Part shown: positions 18,434 to 27,650 of the stretch, piece after piece | Layout of the letters: the number at the start of each line of letters is the position of its first letter | Position numbering within the stretch: the stretch's first letter is position 1 | Assembly: GCA_051748445.1 (NCBI GenBank) | Contig: JBNJHL010000002.1 | Coordinates: 1 to 48,651 of the forward strand | Direction: 5' to 3' | Length of the DNA: 48,651 bases | From: Bacillota bacterium | GTDB taxonomy: Bacteria > Bacillota > Dethiobacteria > DTU022 | Program-made: the position numbers and the translations under genes | Notes under the pieces: model-generated | Told to the model about the DNA's origin: nothing | Database searches by the model: none | What the model saw: the letters and a program-made list of their open reading frames with translations, nothing else

Positions 18434-19735
18434 GTGGTAAAAGCGATGGATAAAGAGGCAGTAAAGATAGGACTAATTGGCAGCGGTACCATTGGCAGTG
18501 GAGTTCTGGATCTTTTTAAAGACAATGGGGAAAAAATCAGCGAAAAAATAGGTGTCAACCTTATTCTGGAAAAGGTTGCTGACCGTGATATTACCAGGTT
18601 GAGAGCTCTTCAACTGCCTGAAGAAGTAATAACCTCTTCAGCAGAAGAGGTTATTCAGGAGACTGAAATAGATATTGTGATCGAACTGATAGGAGGAATA
18701 GAACCTGCCTTTAGTTTTATTAAAAAAGCCCTGGAATATGGCAAGTACGTGGTTACTGCTAACAAAGATTTAATGGCCACCCATGGTGAAGAACTGCTGG
18801 CCATGGCCAGGGAAAAGGATTTAAATATTTTTTACGAAGCATCTGTCGGCGGGGGGATTCCCCTGATTCGTCCATTAAAACAAAGCCTGGTATCTGACCG
18901 GATTCATCGTCTTGTTGGCATTGTTAACGGTACTACCAATTATATTTTTACCCGTATGACCCAGGATCAGCTGAGTTTGGATGAAGCATTAGCTGAAGCA
19001 CAAAAACAGGGATTTGCTGAAGCTGATCCTTCCAGTGATCTTGAAGGACGTGATGCCGCCTATAAGTTAATTATCATGAGTGGCCTGGCTTTCGGAAATA
19101 ACATTGATCCCACACAGGTTTATGTTGAGGGTATTAGAGGTGTAACTTACCAGGATATTGCTTATGCAAAAGAAATTGGTTATACAGTAAAGCTGCTTGC
19201 CATTGGCGAAAGGCTTCCCGAGGGCCTTGCTTTAAGGGTTCACCCGACCCTTGTTCCGGATAATCATCCAATCGCGTCAGTTTTGAATGAGTTTAATGCT
19301 ATTTTCATTGAAGCAGATGCCGTCGGTGAATTAATGTTTTATGGTCCGGGAGCCGGAGCCAAACCGACTGCAACAGCAATTCTGGCAGATGTCGCTGAAG
19401 CTGCTCGCAGCATCCGGTATCAGTGTTTTGATCGAATCATTGAGGAAACTTTCAGTAAAACCTCATTTGTATCGATTGATGATTTAATGACCAGGTTTTA
19501 TCTGCGGTTTCTTGCTGATGACAGGCCCGGGGTTTTTGCTTCCCTGGCTGAAGCTTTTGGCAATGAAGATGTCAGCCTGGACATGGTCATCCAGAAATGC
19601 CGTTACGGTAATACTGCAGAGATTGTCCTGGTAACTCATGATGTCAAGGAAAAGGCTTTCCAGCAAGCCCTGGCCAAGGTTTTAGAAATACCCGAGATCA
19701 AACCAAATCCCAGTGTGATTCGTTTACTTGGTTGA
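18434..19735 (+). CDS. hom: homoserine dehydrogenase (with C-terminal ACT domain)
   Basis: IGLIGSGTIGSG at the N-terminus, the catalytic domain (VTANKDL...EASVGGGIPLIRPL...GIVNGTTNYI) and an ACT-like tail (FYLRFLADDRPGVFASL). Confidence 0.92.
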   Translation: MVKAMDKEAVKIGLIGSGTIGSGVLDLFKDNGEKISEKIGVNLILEKVADRDITRLRALQLPEEVITSSAEEVIQETEIDIVIELIGGIEPAFSFIKKALEYGKYVVTANKDLMATHGEELLAMAREKDLNIFYEASVGGGIPLIRPLKQSLVSDRIHRLVGIVNGTTNYIFTRMTQDQLSLDEALAEAQKQGFAEADPSSDLEGRDAAYKLIIMSGLAFGNNIDPTQVYVEGIRGVTYQDIAYAKEIGYTVKLLAIGERLPEGLALRVHPTLVPDNHPIASVLNEFNAIFIEADAVGELMFYGPGAGAKPTATAILADVAEAARSIRYQCFDRIIEETFSKTSFVSIDDLMTRFYLRFLADDRPGVFASLAEAFGNEDVSLDMVIQKCRYGNTAEIVLVTHDVKEKAFQQALAKVLEIPEIKPNPSVIRLLG

Positions 19736-19807
19736 ATCACTTGCCCTCCCGGATAGAGGATATGGTTACTTAAAAATATTAGCAGGGATCAGAAACAGGG
19801 TGAAGCA

Positions 19808-21001
19808 ATGAAATCAATACTGTCAGTCCGTCCGGCCTGGGCAGAGATAAACCTCGACCATATAGCCCATAATATCAGGTTGTTTAGGAAGCAGATCGGC
19901 TCAGTAACTGAGATTATAGCCGTAGTGAAAGCTGATGGCTACGGGCATGGAGCAAGAAGGGTTGCTGAAATGGCGATTAATGCGGGTGCTTCATGCCTGG
20001 CAGTTGCCTTTGTAGATGAAGCAGTTGATTTGCGAAAAGCCGGAATAAAGGCTAAAATTTTGATCCTGGGTTATACTGATCCCTCACTTTTTAAAAAACT
20101 GGTTGAATATAATTTAACACCGACAATTTTTGGCCTTGATACTGCCGAACAGCTTTCCTGGCAGGCTCAGGAGCTAAATATTGTATTACCGGTTCATATT
20201 AAAGTTGATACAGGAATGGGCCGGGTAGGCTTGCTTCCCGAAGAAGCTCTTGAGGTAATAACCAGAATTTCTATTCTAGAAGGCTTAAGCCTGGAAGGAA
20301 TATTTACGCACCTGGCCTCCGCAGAGGATAATGATTTTACCTACACAACCGAACAGATGCTGCTATTTAACAGGATCATTGATAGCTGCCAGGAAAGAGG
20401 CATCTCATTTTCCCTGGTTCATGCGGCCAATAGCGCTGCTGCCCTTAATCACCCGTCGTCTCGTTTTAACATGATCAGGCTGGGTCTGTCCATGTATGGT
20501 CATTATCCGGCTTCTGAAATGCGGGATATTGAACCGAACCTTAAACCTTCACTTTCTTTCAAAAGCAGGGTTATCCTTGTAAAAAAAGTTCAGGCAGGCA
20601 AAGCTATCGGTTATGGCTGCACTTATCACACCAGCCGGGAAAGCCTGATTGCGACTATTCCGGTCGGTTATGCGGATGGATACAGCAGGCTGTTATCGAA
20701 TAAAGGGCAGGTTTTAATTCGTAGCTGTCGTGTCCCCGTGGTGGGAACAATTTGTATGGACCAGATGATGGTTGATGTAACAGACGTACCGGGAGTGCGC
20801 CTCGGCGACGAAGTTGTTTTATATGGCAAGCAGGGGCAGGAGGAAATCAAGGTTGAAGAAGCCGCCGAGCTGATTGGCACCATTAACTACGAACTGCTTT
20901 GTGCGGTGAGTAAAAGGGTGCCCCGATATTATTTTAAAAATAATAAGCTGGCTTCAATCTATGATATATTTGACGGGGAATTAGTCCCTTCCGAAAACTG
21001 A
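19808..21001 (+). CDS. alr: alanine racemase
   Basis: PLP-lysine motif AVVKADGYGHG, plus the C-terminal domain (GYGCTY...IPVGYADGY...ICMDQMMVD). Confidence 0.93.
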   Translation: MKSILSVRPAWAEINLDHIAHNIRLFRKQIGSVTEIIAVVKADGYGHGARRVAEMAINAGASCLAVAFVDEAVDLRKAGIKAKILILGYTDPSLFKKLVEYNLTPTIFGLDTAEQLSWQAQELNIVLPVHIKVDTGMGRVGLLPEEALEVITRISILEGLSLEGIFTHLASAEDNDFTYTTEQMLLFNRIIDSCQERGISFSLVHAANSAAALNHPSSRFNMIRLGLSMYGHYPASEMRDIEPNLKPSLSFKSRVILVKKVQAGKAIGYGCTYHTSRESLIATIPVGYADGYSRLLSNKGQVLIRSCRVPVVGTICMDQMMVDVTDVPGVRLGDEVVLYGKQGQEEIKVEEAAELIGTINYELLCAVSKRVPRYYFKNNKLASIYDIFDGELVPSEN

Positions 21002-22144
21002 TAGATCGAGGCTGTGACTAAACCAGGACAAGTTATCCATCATCGCTGCTATTTCGGAAGGAAGGGTTGAAGGAGCGATGATGGAACGAACATGAAGAGA
21101 AATAGAACCAATCAGAGTTTTAAAAAAGGTGAAAAAAAACTGCTTTTTGATAAGGGGCCTGTATATTTCTGCCGCCTTAGCCTTGTTCTCAATGCCGGCC
21201 AGGCAGTTCAAGATAGCATGCACGGCCAGGTGCGAACTTACCAGGGAGTTATAAAGTCCTTCGCCGGAATATGGTTCTACCAGTCCCGCTGCATCTCCCA
21301 CTAATATAATATTGTCCGAGGCGATATTCTGTAAAGGACCCAAAAAAGGAAGAGGCCAGCTTTGCGGCCCGGGATGATCTGAATTTTCTTCGGACTCAGG
21401 TGGAAATAACTGCCGGTAAGATTTTGCCAGTATTTTTTTACAAGAAAGACCGCCAACACCCTGGTTAATCCATTCAGGACCGCTAAATGACCAGCCCATT
21501 CCTCCTAAAAAAGGCTGAGGATAAAACTTTAGAGATCCTCTTTCTGCGATAGCTGTTTCGGTATTAAAGGTTTGGGATAATCCCCAGCCGGGAAAAGCCT
21601 GCCTTTTTTTGCGAATACCGGCTAACGAGGCAGTGCAGCCAAAGGCTCCGTCAGCACCTATAATGAAATGTGATTTCAAGGTGATGTTATTATTAAGCTG
21701 CACGGAATAATAAGTATGGTTTTTATTTTTGTCTACAGATTTGTTTATTGCTCTAAGGGATTCTTGTTCTTTTAATTCAGCACCGTATTTACAAGCGTAT
21801 TTAACCATCAGGTGATCAAGGTCTTCTCTTTTTAATATTATTCCCAGGCGGCTTTTACTGTTAAAAGTATAAGGCTTTCTGTTTTTTATAACGCTAACCT
21901 GGTAAACTGGTTCTGTTTTTAACGAACCCAGTTTTAAGTCTTCAGGCAGTAAGGAGATAGCGCGATTGGAAAGAAAACCACCGCATGTTTTTAAACGGGG
22001 GTGTTTTTTGCGCTCAATCATGATGACAGAGAGCCCGGCTTTTGCAGCCCGGGCAGCTGCAAGTGAACCGGAAGGGCCTGAGCCAACTATAACCAGGTCG
22101 TATGTTTTCTCTTGGCGGTTACCTTTAATAGAAACATTTACCAT
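20981..22144 (-). CDS. FAD-dependent oxidoreductase, geranylgeranyl reductase-like family
   Basis: YDLVIVGSGPSGSLAAARAAKAGLSVIMIER (GxGxxG, FAD) and VGDAAGLVEPYSGEGL. I prefer ATG 22144 (MVNVSIKG...) over the track start at 22210. The 3' end overlaps alr by 21 nt. Confidence 0.8.
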   Translation of the reverse strand: MVNVSIKGNRQEKTYDLVIVGSGPSGSLAAARAAKAGLSVIMIERKKHPRLKTCGGFLSNRAISLLPEDLKLGSLKTEPVYQVSVIKNRKPYTFNSKSRLGIILKREDLDHLMVKYACKYGAELKEQESLRAINKSVDKNKNHTYYSVQLNNNITLKSHFIIGADGAFGCTASLAGIRKKRQAFPGWGLSQTFNTETAIAERGSLKFYPQPFLGGMGWSFSGPEWINQGVGGLSCKKILAKSYRQLFPPESEENSDHPGPQSWPLPFLGPLQNIASDNIILVGDAAGLVEPYSGEGLYNSLVSSHLAVHAILNCLAGIENKAKAAEIYRPLIKKQFFFTFFKTLIGSISLHVRSIIAPSTLPSEIAAMMDNLSWFSHSLDLSVFGRD

Positions 22145-22215
22145 TTGGCAAAAAACCCCCAAAGAATTTTCTACGATTATACCACAGCTAAAAGGTTTGA
22201 ATGTGAACAATTTCC

Positions 22216-22244
22216 TTGACTGAACAGGGCAGATGGATTAAAAT
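22216..22244 (+). promoter_or_regulatory. sigmaA-type promoter candidate for the gatCAB leader (TTGACT-17-TAAAAT)
   Basis: TTGACT at 22216-22221, a 17-nt spacer, and TAAAAT at 22239-22244. Confidence 0.45.
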
Positions 22245-22355
22245 ATTTTTGTGATATCAATACAATATATTAAGGGTAAGAGTAGAAAACAGCGGCAAAA
22301 AACGGGAATTGCAAAAAAGGTCCTGCCAGATCAGCTAGGCTCAATAAAGTTAGCA

Positions 22356-22388
22356 AAACCGGCTCAGGGAAGCCGGTTTATTGTTTTT
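22356..22388 (+). terminator. intrinsic terminator-like hairpin inside the gatCAB 5' leader
   Basis: AAACCGGCU (22356-64) pairs with AGCCGGUUU (22371-79), loop CAGGGA, followed by AUUGUUUUU. It lies 28 nt upstream of the gatC start, with no upstream + strand gene to terminate. Confidence 0.6.
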
Positions 22389-22416
22389 GCATTCTTTAAA
22401 GAGGGGGAAAGAGTAG

Positions 22417-22743
22417 ATGAGCTCTGTTGATTTTAGTAAAGAAGTTGAATATGTTGCCCGCCTGGCCAGACTAGATCTTAAGGCGGAAGAAAAAGAAGTA
22501 ATGGCCGGTCAACTTGGTGATATCCTGAATACTGCTCGTAAGGTTCAGGAAATTGATACTACAGGTGTTGAGCCAACTTCTCATGTAATAGCTTTGCCGA
22601 CAGTGCTGCGTGATGATCAAACCAGGGTCTCACTAACCTTAAGCCGTGTTTTGCAAAACGCACCGAGACGTCAGCAGGATTATTTTAAAGTTCCAAGCAT
22701 TACTGCTAAAGATAATAAAAGTGATGCGGGAAAAGAGGTTTAA
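22417..22743 (+). CDS. gatC: Asp/Glu-tRNA(Asn/Gln) amidotransferase subunit C
   Basis: 108 aa with VEYVARLARLDLKAEEKE...L..IL, and position immediately upstream of gatA. Confidence 0.9.
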   Translation: MSSVDFSKEVEYVARLARLDLKAEEKEVMAGQLGDILNTARKVQEIDTTGVEPTSHVIALPTVLRDDQTRVSLTLSRVLQNAPRRQQDYFKVPSITAKDNKSDAGKEV

Positions 22744-22744
22744 C

Positions 22745-24226
22745 ATGAAGTTATACGAAAAAACTGCTTCAGAACTAAGTGGTATGATTCGCAAAAAAGA
22801 AGTGAGTGCAGTGGAAGTGGTGCAAAGCTTTCTTGATCGGATAGAGCTGCTTGAACCTCATTTAAGGGCATTTGTAACCCATACTCCCGCAATGGCATTG
22901 CAAACCGCGAGCGAGGTTGACAGCCGGATTGAAAAGGGAGAAGAACTCCATCCACTGGCCGGAGTACCGATTGCCCTGAAAGATAATATCAGCACCCAGG
23001 GGTTAAGAACAACCTGTGCTTCACATATCCTTGAAAACTATATACCACCTTACGACGCATCCGTAGTTCTTGCCATAAAAAAAGCTGGTTTACCAGTGCT
23101 TGGCAAAACCAATATGGATGAATTTGCTATGGGTTCCTCTACTGAAAATTCAGCCTTCTATCCTACCCATAATCCCTGGAACCTTGAAAAGGTTCCAGGA
23201 GGTTCCAGCGGGGGATCTGCTGTGGCGGTATCAGCTGGGATGGCTCCGTTGGCGCTGGGATCCGATACAGGTGGATCCATACGTCAACCTGCTTCCCTTT
23301 GCGGATTAACCGGCTTGCGCCCTACTTATGGCCGTGTGTCCCGTTATGGTTTAATTGCTTTTGCCTCTTCTCTTGATCAGATTGGGCCTTTGACAATTAC
23401 AGCCAGGGATAGTGCTTTATTGTTGAACTTAATTTCCGGGTATGATCCGTTAGACTCTACTGCTTTGCCCGGAGAAGTTCCTGATTTTACTAAAGATCTT
23501 GGTCGGGACATCAAAAAGCTGAAAGTAGGGGTGATCCGTCAAAATGTTTCCGAGAGCCTTGACCCTGAAATAACTGCAGCCGTGTTAAAAGCAGTCAAAC
23601 TATTAAAAGATAACGGCGCGGAAGTGGATGAAATATCGCTACCCCTGACAGACCATGGTCTCAGTGCTTATTACCTGATTGCTCCTTCCGAAGCCAGTTC
23701 TAACCTTGGACGTTATGATGGAGTACGTTACGGATATAATGCTGGAGGTGACAGCATCGAAGAAATGTTCTGCAAAACAAGAGGAAAAGGTTTTGGCCCC
23801 GAGGTTAAGAGGAGAATTATGATTGGTACGTATGCTCTGAGTGCGGGATATTATGATGCTTACTACCTGCAGGCTATGAAAGTAAGAACAATGATTCGCC
23901 GTGATTATGATGCCGCTTTCAGACGTTTTGATGTATTAATCGGGGCCACTACACCTACCCCTGCATTTAATATTGGAGAAAAAACAGAGGATCCTTTACA
24001 GATGTATCTTTCTGATGTATGCAATATTACTGACTCCCTGGCAGGAGTACCATCCCTTTCCGTTCCATGTGGGATCAGCTCTGAAGGGTTGCCGCTGGGC
24101 ATGCAGCTTTCAGGCTCTTACTTTAATGAAGGACAGCTGTTCAAGGTAGCTTCTTTTTTAGAAGAAGCAGGAGAACCACAACCAATGAGGCCAAAAGTAA
24201 AGCTTCCCGAAGGAGGCGAAGTTTAA
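22745..24226 (+). CDS. gatA: Asp/Glu-tRNA(Asn/Gln) amidotransferase subunit A
   Basis: Amidase signature GGSSGGSAVAVSAG...GSDTGGSIRQPA. ATG 22745 lies 1 nt after the gatC stop. The track start at 22646 overlaps gatC. Confidence 0.95.
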   Translation: MKLYEKTASELSGMIRKKEVSAVEVVQSFLDRIELLEPHLRAFVTHTPAMALQTASEVDSRIEKGEELHPLAGVPIALKDNISTQGLRTTCASHILENYIPPYDASVVLAIKKAGLPVLGKTNMDEFAMGSSTENSAFYPTHNPWNLEKVPGGSSGGSAVAVSAGMAPLALGSDTGGSIRQPASLCGLTGLRPTYGRVSRYGLIAFASSLDQIGPLTITARDSALLLNLISGYDPLDSTALPGEVPDFTKDLGRDIKKLKVGVIRQNVSESLDPEITAAVLKAVKLLKDNGAEVDEISLPLTDHGLSAYYLIAPSEASSNLGRYDGVRYGYNAGGDSIEEMFCKTRGKGFGPEVKRRIMIGTYALSAGYYDAYYLQAMKVRTMIRRDYDAAFRRFDVLIGATTPTPAFNIGEKTEDPLQMYLSDVCNITDSLAGVPSLSVPCGISSEGLPLGMQLSGSYFNEGQLFKVASFLEEAGEPQPMRPKVKLPEGGEV

Positions 24227-24227
24227 G

Positions 24228-25670
24228 ATGAATAAATATGAAGTTGTCATCGGCCTTGAAATACACCTCGAACTGAAGACCAGATCTAAACTGTTTTGCA
24301 GCTGCAGCACAGTCTTCGGGCAAGAACCAAATACAAATTGTTGCCCTGTTTGCCTGGGGCTACCTGGCAGCCTGCCGGTCTTTAATCGGAGGGCCATTGA
24401 GCTGGCCGTTACGGCAGCTCTTGCTTTAAACAGCAAGGTACAGCTGCAGAGCCGTTTTGACCGGAAAAACTATTTTTATCCTGATCTGCCAAAAGCCTAC
24501 CAGGTATCACAGTATGACCAGCCGCTGGCCAGGGGTGGGTTTTTGGAAATTGAATTTGAGGGAGTAGAGCGCTCTATTAACCTGGAAAGGATTCACCTGG
24601 AAGAGGAAGCGGGCAAACTAATTCATGCCGGCAACTCAATTATGGTTTCTGCATATTCACTGGTTGATTATAACCGGGCCGGTATACCCCTGCTTGAAAT
24701 AGTTACCGCTCCTGATATTAAGTCCGGCCAGGAAGCACGGCTATTTTTAGAAGATCTGCACGCCCTTCTGTTATATTCCGGTGCCTCTGATTGCAAGATG
24801 GAAGAGGGTTCGCTGCGTTGTGACGCCAATATATCACTTCGCCCAGTCGGTTCAAATCAGCTGGGGACAAAGGCAGAAGTGAAAAATATGAATTCATTCC
24901 GAGCGGTGGAGCTGGCTCTTAATTACGAAGCAGAAAGGCAGGCCAAAATTTTATCTACCGGGGGGGCTATTACCCAGGAAACATGCCATTGGGATGAAGG
25001 ATCAAAAAAGACTATTCCCCTGCGAAGCAAAGAGGGCTCATCAGATTACCGTTACTTTCCGGAACCCGATCTTTTACCACTGGTGTTCGAGCAAGAATTT
25101 GTAGATAAAATTTTAGCTTCATTGCCTGAATTACCGGCTGCGCGCCGAAAAAGGCTTAAGGAAAATTACGACCTGAGCGCAGTAGCAGCGGCCCAATTAA
25201 CAGCTAACAGGTCACTTGGCGATTTCTTCGAAGCAGCAGCTCAGCATTATGGTCAATACAGCAACCTTGCCAACTGGGTCCAGGGTGATTTGCAATATCA
25301 ACTGAGAGAAAGCGGAAAAGATGCTGCTGATCTAGAAGCAAAAAGGCTTGCTGAACTGTTGGAGCTTTTAGACCAGGGTGAAATCAACCGCCCTACAGCA
25401 AAAGAGCTGTTAACTGAAATGGTAAAGAGTGGCAGAAGCCCTAAAAAGATGCTTAAAGAAAAGGGCCTGGGCCGTATTTCAGGACAAGAAAAACTGCAGC
25501 CGCTGGTGGAGGCGGTTATATCAGAAAATCCGGAGGCTGTAGAAAATTATCTCAAGGGCAAAGAAAAAGCGCTCGCTTTCCTGGTTGGCAGGGTAATGGC
25601 GATGACGAAAGGTAGAGCTGACCCGGCCGAATTAAATCAAATATTTAAAGAAAGAATTAGTAATTTATAG
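24228..25670 (+). CDS. gatB: Asp/Glu-tRNA(Asn/Gln) amidotransferase subunit B
   Basis: MNKYEVVIGLEIHLELKT..KLFC, PNTNCCPVCLGLPG, and the C-terminal YqeY-like domain. Confidence 0.95.
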   Translation: MNKYEVVIGLEIHLELKTRSKLFCSCSTVFGQEPNTNCCPVCLGLPGSLPVFNRRAIELAVTAALALNSKVQLQSRFDRKNYFYPDLPKAYQVSQYDQPLARGGFLEIEFEGVERSINLERIHLEEEAGKLIHAGNSIMVSAYSLVDYNRAGIPLLEIVTAPDIKSGQEARLFLEDLHALLLYSGASDCKMEEGSLRCDANISLRPVGSNQLGTKAEVKNMNSFRAVELALNYEAERQAKILSTGGAITQETCHWDEGSKKTIPLRSKEGSSDYRYFPEPDLLPLVFEQEFVDKILASLPELPAARRKRLKENYDLSAVAAAQLTANRSLGDFFEAAAQHYGQYSNLANWVQGDLQYQLRESGKDAADLEAKRLAELLELLDQGEINRPTAKELLTEMVKSGRSPKKMLKEKGLGRISGQEKLQPLVEAVISENPEAVENYLKGKEKALAFLVGRVMAMTKGRADPAELNQIFKERISNL

Positions 25671-25681
25671 GCGGTGTTGAG

Positions 25682-26992
25682 ATGAACAGGAGCAAAAGCC
25701 TTGTGGTTGTCGGTGCTCAGTGGGGGGATGAAGGTAAGGGCAAGGTGATTGATTATCTTGCTGCTAAAGCAGATCTTGTAGCCAGGTTTCAGGGTGGGAA
25801 TAATGCCGGGCATACCGTAGTTTATGGGGCAAATGTTTTTAAGCTGCACCATGTTCCTTCAGGGATTCTGAACGAAGGCACCTTATGTTTGCTTGGTAAC
25901 GGGATGGTTGTTGACCCCCTGGTTTTAGTTGAAGAACTATCAGAACTGGAAAAACGTGGTATAGACACCAAGGGTCTTCGTATTAGCAGCAAAGCTCACC
26001 TAAATATGCTTTACCATCGTGATCTGGATGAAGAAAATGAAAAATTACTTGGTGATAAAAAAATTGGCACTACCGGCCGCGGGATTGGTCCTGCTTATGC
26101 GGATAAAGTTATGCGCCGGGGAATAAGGGCTGTTGATATGATAGCTTATGAATGTTTTAAGCAGCGGCTGGAAGAAATATTACCTATGCAAAACCTTATA
26201 CTAAATAAAGTATATAATCATAAAGGCTATAACCTGAGCGAACTTTTGGATTTTTACCGACCGGCTATTGAAAAACTGGGTCCACTGGTAACCGATACTT
26301 CGCAAATCCTTGAAGAAAGTCTGCAGAGGGGAGCTAAGGTTTTATTTGAAGGAGCACAGGGAGCTTTATTAGACCTTGATCACGGAACTTATCCTTACGT
26401 TACTTCTTCTTCGACAACTGCTGCTGCCGCAGCAAGCGGTAATGGCATTGGGCCTCAACATCTTGCCCAGGTTCTGGGGGTGATCAAGGCTTATACAACC
26501 AGGGTTGGGGAAGGTCCATTTCCCACAGAAGATAACTCAGAAGCTGGTAAGCAGCTAAGAGAAAGAGGTAATGAATTTGGCACAACTACTGGTCGCCCAA
26601 GACGGTGCGGCTGGTTTGATGCTGTAATAGCCTGTTATGCAGCCAGAGTGAATGGTTTAACCGGCCTGGCTGTTACCAAGCTTGATGTGCTGAGTGGTAT
26701 GGATACAGTAAAATTGGGTGTTAGTTATGATTATAAAAATACCAGGACAGAGGTTTTTCCTGCGAGCATTGAAGAGCTAAGCCGGTGCAGCCCTGTTTTA
26801 GAGACTTTTCCTGGTTGGGATGAAGATATTTCAAGGGTAAAGGTGTTCGAAGATTTGCCGGTATCAGCCAGGCAATTCCTTGAAGCGATTGAAGACAAGG
26901 TAGGAGTAAGAATAGAGCTTGTGTCAGTAGGACCTGATCGTTCACAAACTATCATTAAGGACAACGTTAACTTGAAAATGTGGGTTTTTTAG
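25682..26992 (+). CDS. purA: adenylosuccinate synthetase
   Basis: VVVGAQWGDEGKGKVID, GGNNAGHT, IGTTGRGIGPAY, GTTTGRPRRCGW. Confidence 0.96.
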   Translation: MNRSKSLVVVGAQWGDEGKGKVIDYLAAKADLVARFQGGNNAGHTVVYGANVFKLHHVPSGILNEGTLCLLGNGMVVDPLVLVEELSELEKRGIDTKGLRISSKAHLNMLYHRDLDEENEKLLGDKKIGTTGRGIGPAYADKVMRRGIRAVDMIAYECFKQRLEEILPMQNLILNKVYNHKGYNLSELLDFYRPAIEKLGPLVTDTSQILEESLQRGAKVLFEGAQGALLDLDHGTYPYVTSSSTTAAAAASGNGIGPQHLAQVLGVIKAYTTRVGEGPFPTEDNSEAGKQLRERGNEFGTTTGRPRRCGWFDAVIACYAARVNGLTGLAVTKLDVLSGMDTVKLGVSYDYKNTRTEVFPASIEELSRCSPVLETFPGWDEDISRVKVFEDLPVSARQFLEAIEDKVGVRIELVSVGPDRSQTIIKDNVNLKMWVF

Positions 26993-27070
26993 TAGAAAAA
27001 AATTATTGAAGGATTATTGCTTGTCCCAGTAGAATAACATTATTTAACCTATTTAAAAGGGGGATGTTAT

Positions 27071-27574
27071 TTGCATAGTTTAAAAGTATCGGTAAAAACA
27101 ATCATAAGCTTACTTTTTTCTTTGAATGTGCTTTTAACTTTCCTTACCCTTTCTTTGTTCGGGGTTGAGGCCAGTGATACCGTCAGGCTTATCGTTACCG
27201 AGGCTACCGGATTACAACGTGACATGGTAATTTTAAATGTTGATCTCAGGCCAATGGTAATTCACAATGTTTTCTGGCTCTGTCTTGCATCATTCGGATT
27301 CATGCTGATATTTTTGTTTTTTATTGATCACAAATTTAGGGTATTTCTTGGTCCGGGGGTATTAGCCCTTGCTATCACTATATTTATGGTTATTGTTTTT
27401 GTCTTTTCAGCAGAGGACATTGTTCGCTTTGTCGGGCATTCAATGGATCTTTATATTCAAACCGCTCTTAATCGTTTCAGAGATGCTGCTATCGGAATGG
27501 CTATCTTCGGGATAATACTAATCGTTCTTGGCTTAAAGGGTGATCAATACCTGAAAAAGCCCGGGGTCCAGTAA
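27071..27574 (+). CDS. hypothetical membrane protein (about 4 TM helices)
   Basis: 167 aa ORF with a TTG start 5 nt after AAAGGGGGA and strongly hydrophobic segments. I recognise no family. Confidence 0.5.
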   Translation: MHSLKVSVKTIISLLFSLNVLLTFLTLSLFGVEASDTVRLIVTEATGLQRDMVILNVDLRPMVIHNVFWLCLASFGFMLIFLFFIDHKFRVFLGPGVLALAITIFMVIVFVFSAEDIVRFVGHSMDLYIQTALNRFRDAAIGMAIFGIILIVLGLKGDQYLKKPGVQ

Positions 27575-27650
27575 AATCAATACAAATTAATAAATAATAA
27601 AATGAAAGGGGCGACCAAATCATCGCCCCTTTCACATGAGGAGATTTGAA

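Noticed and set aside
22245-22416. T-box riboswitch upstream of gatCAB, and a Rex-like TTGTGA...ACAA sequence at 22249-22266.
   Set aside because: There is no T-box consensus (GGUGGUACCGCG) and no stem-I motif. The Rex-like site matches only one half-site (TTGTGAT), and its second half diverges from TTCACAA at any spacing.
27604-27633. 10-bp GC hairpin (AAAGGGGCGA / UCGCCCCUUU) between the membrane-protein gene and the SbcD-like gene, considered as a terminator.
   Set aside because: No U-tract follows it, and the SD of the next gene starts 5 nt later. It may attenuate or stabilise the transcript, but I cannot support a terminator call.
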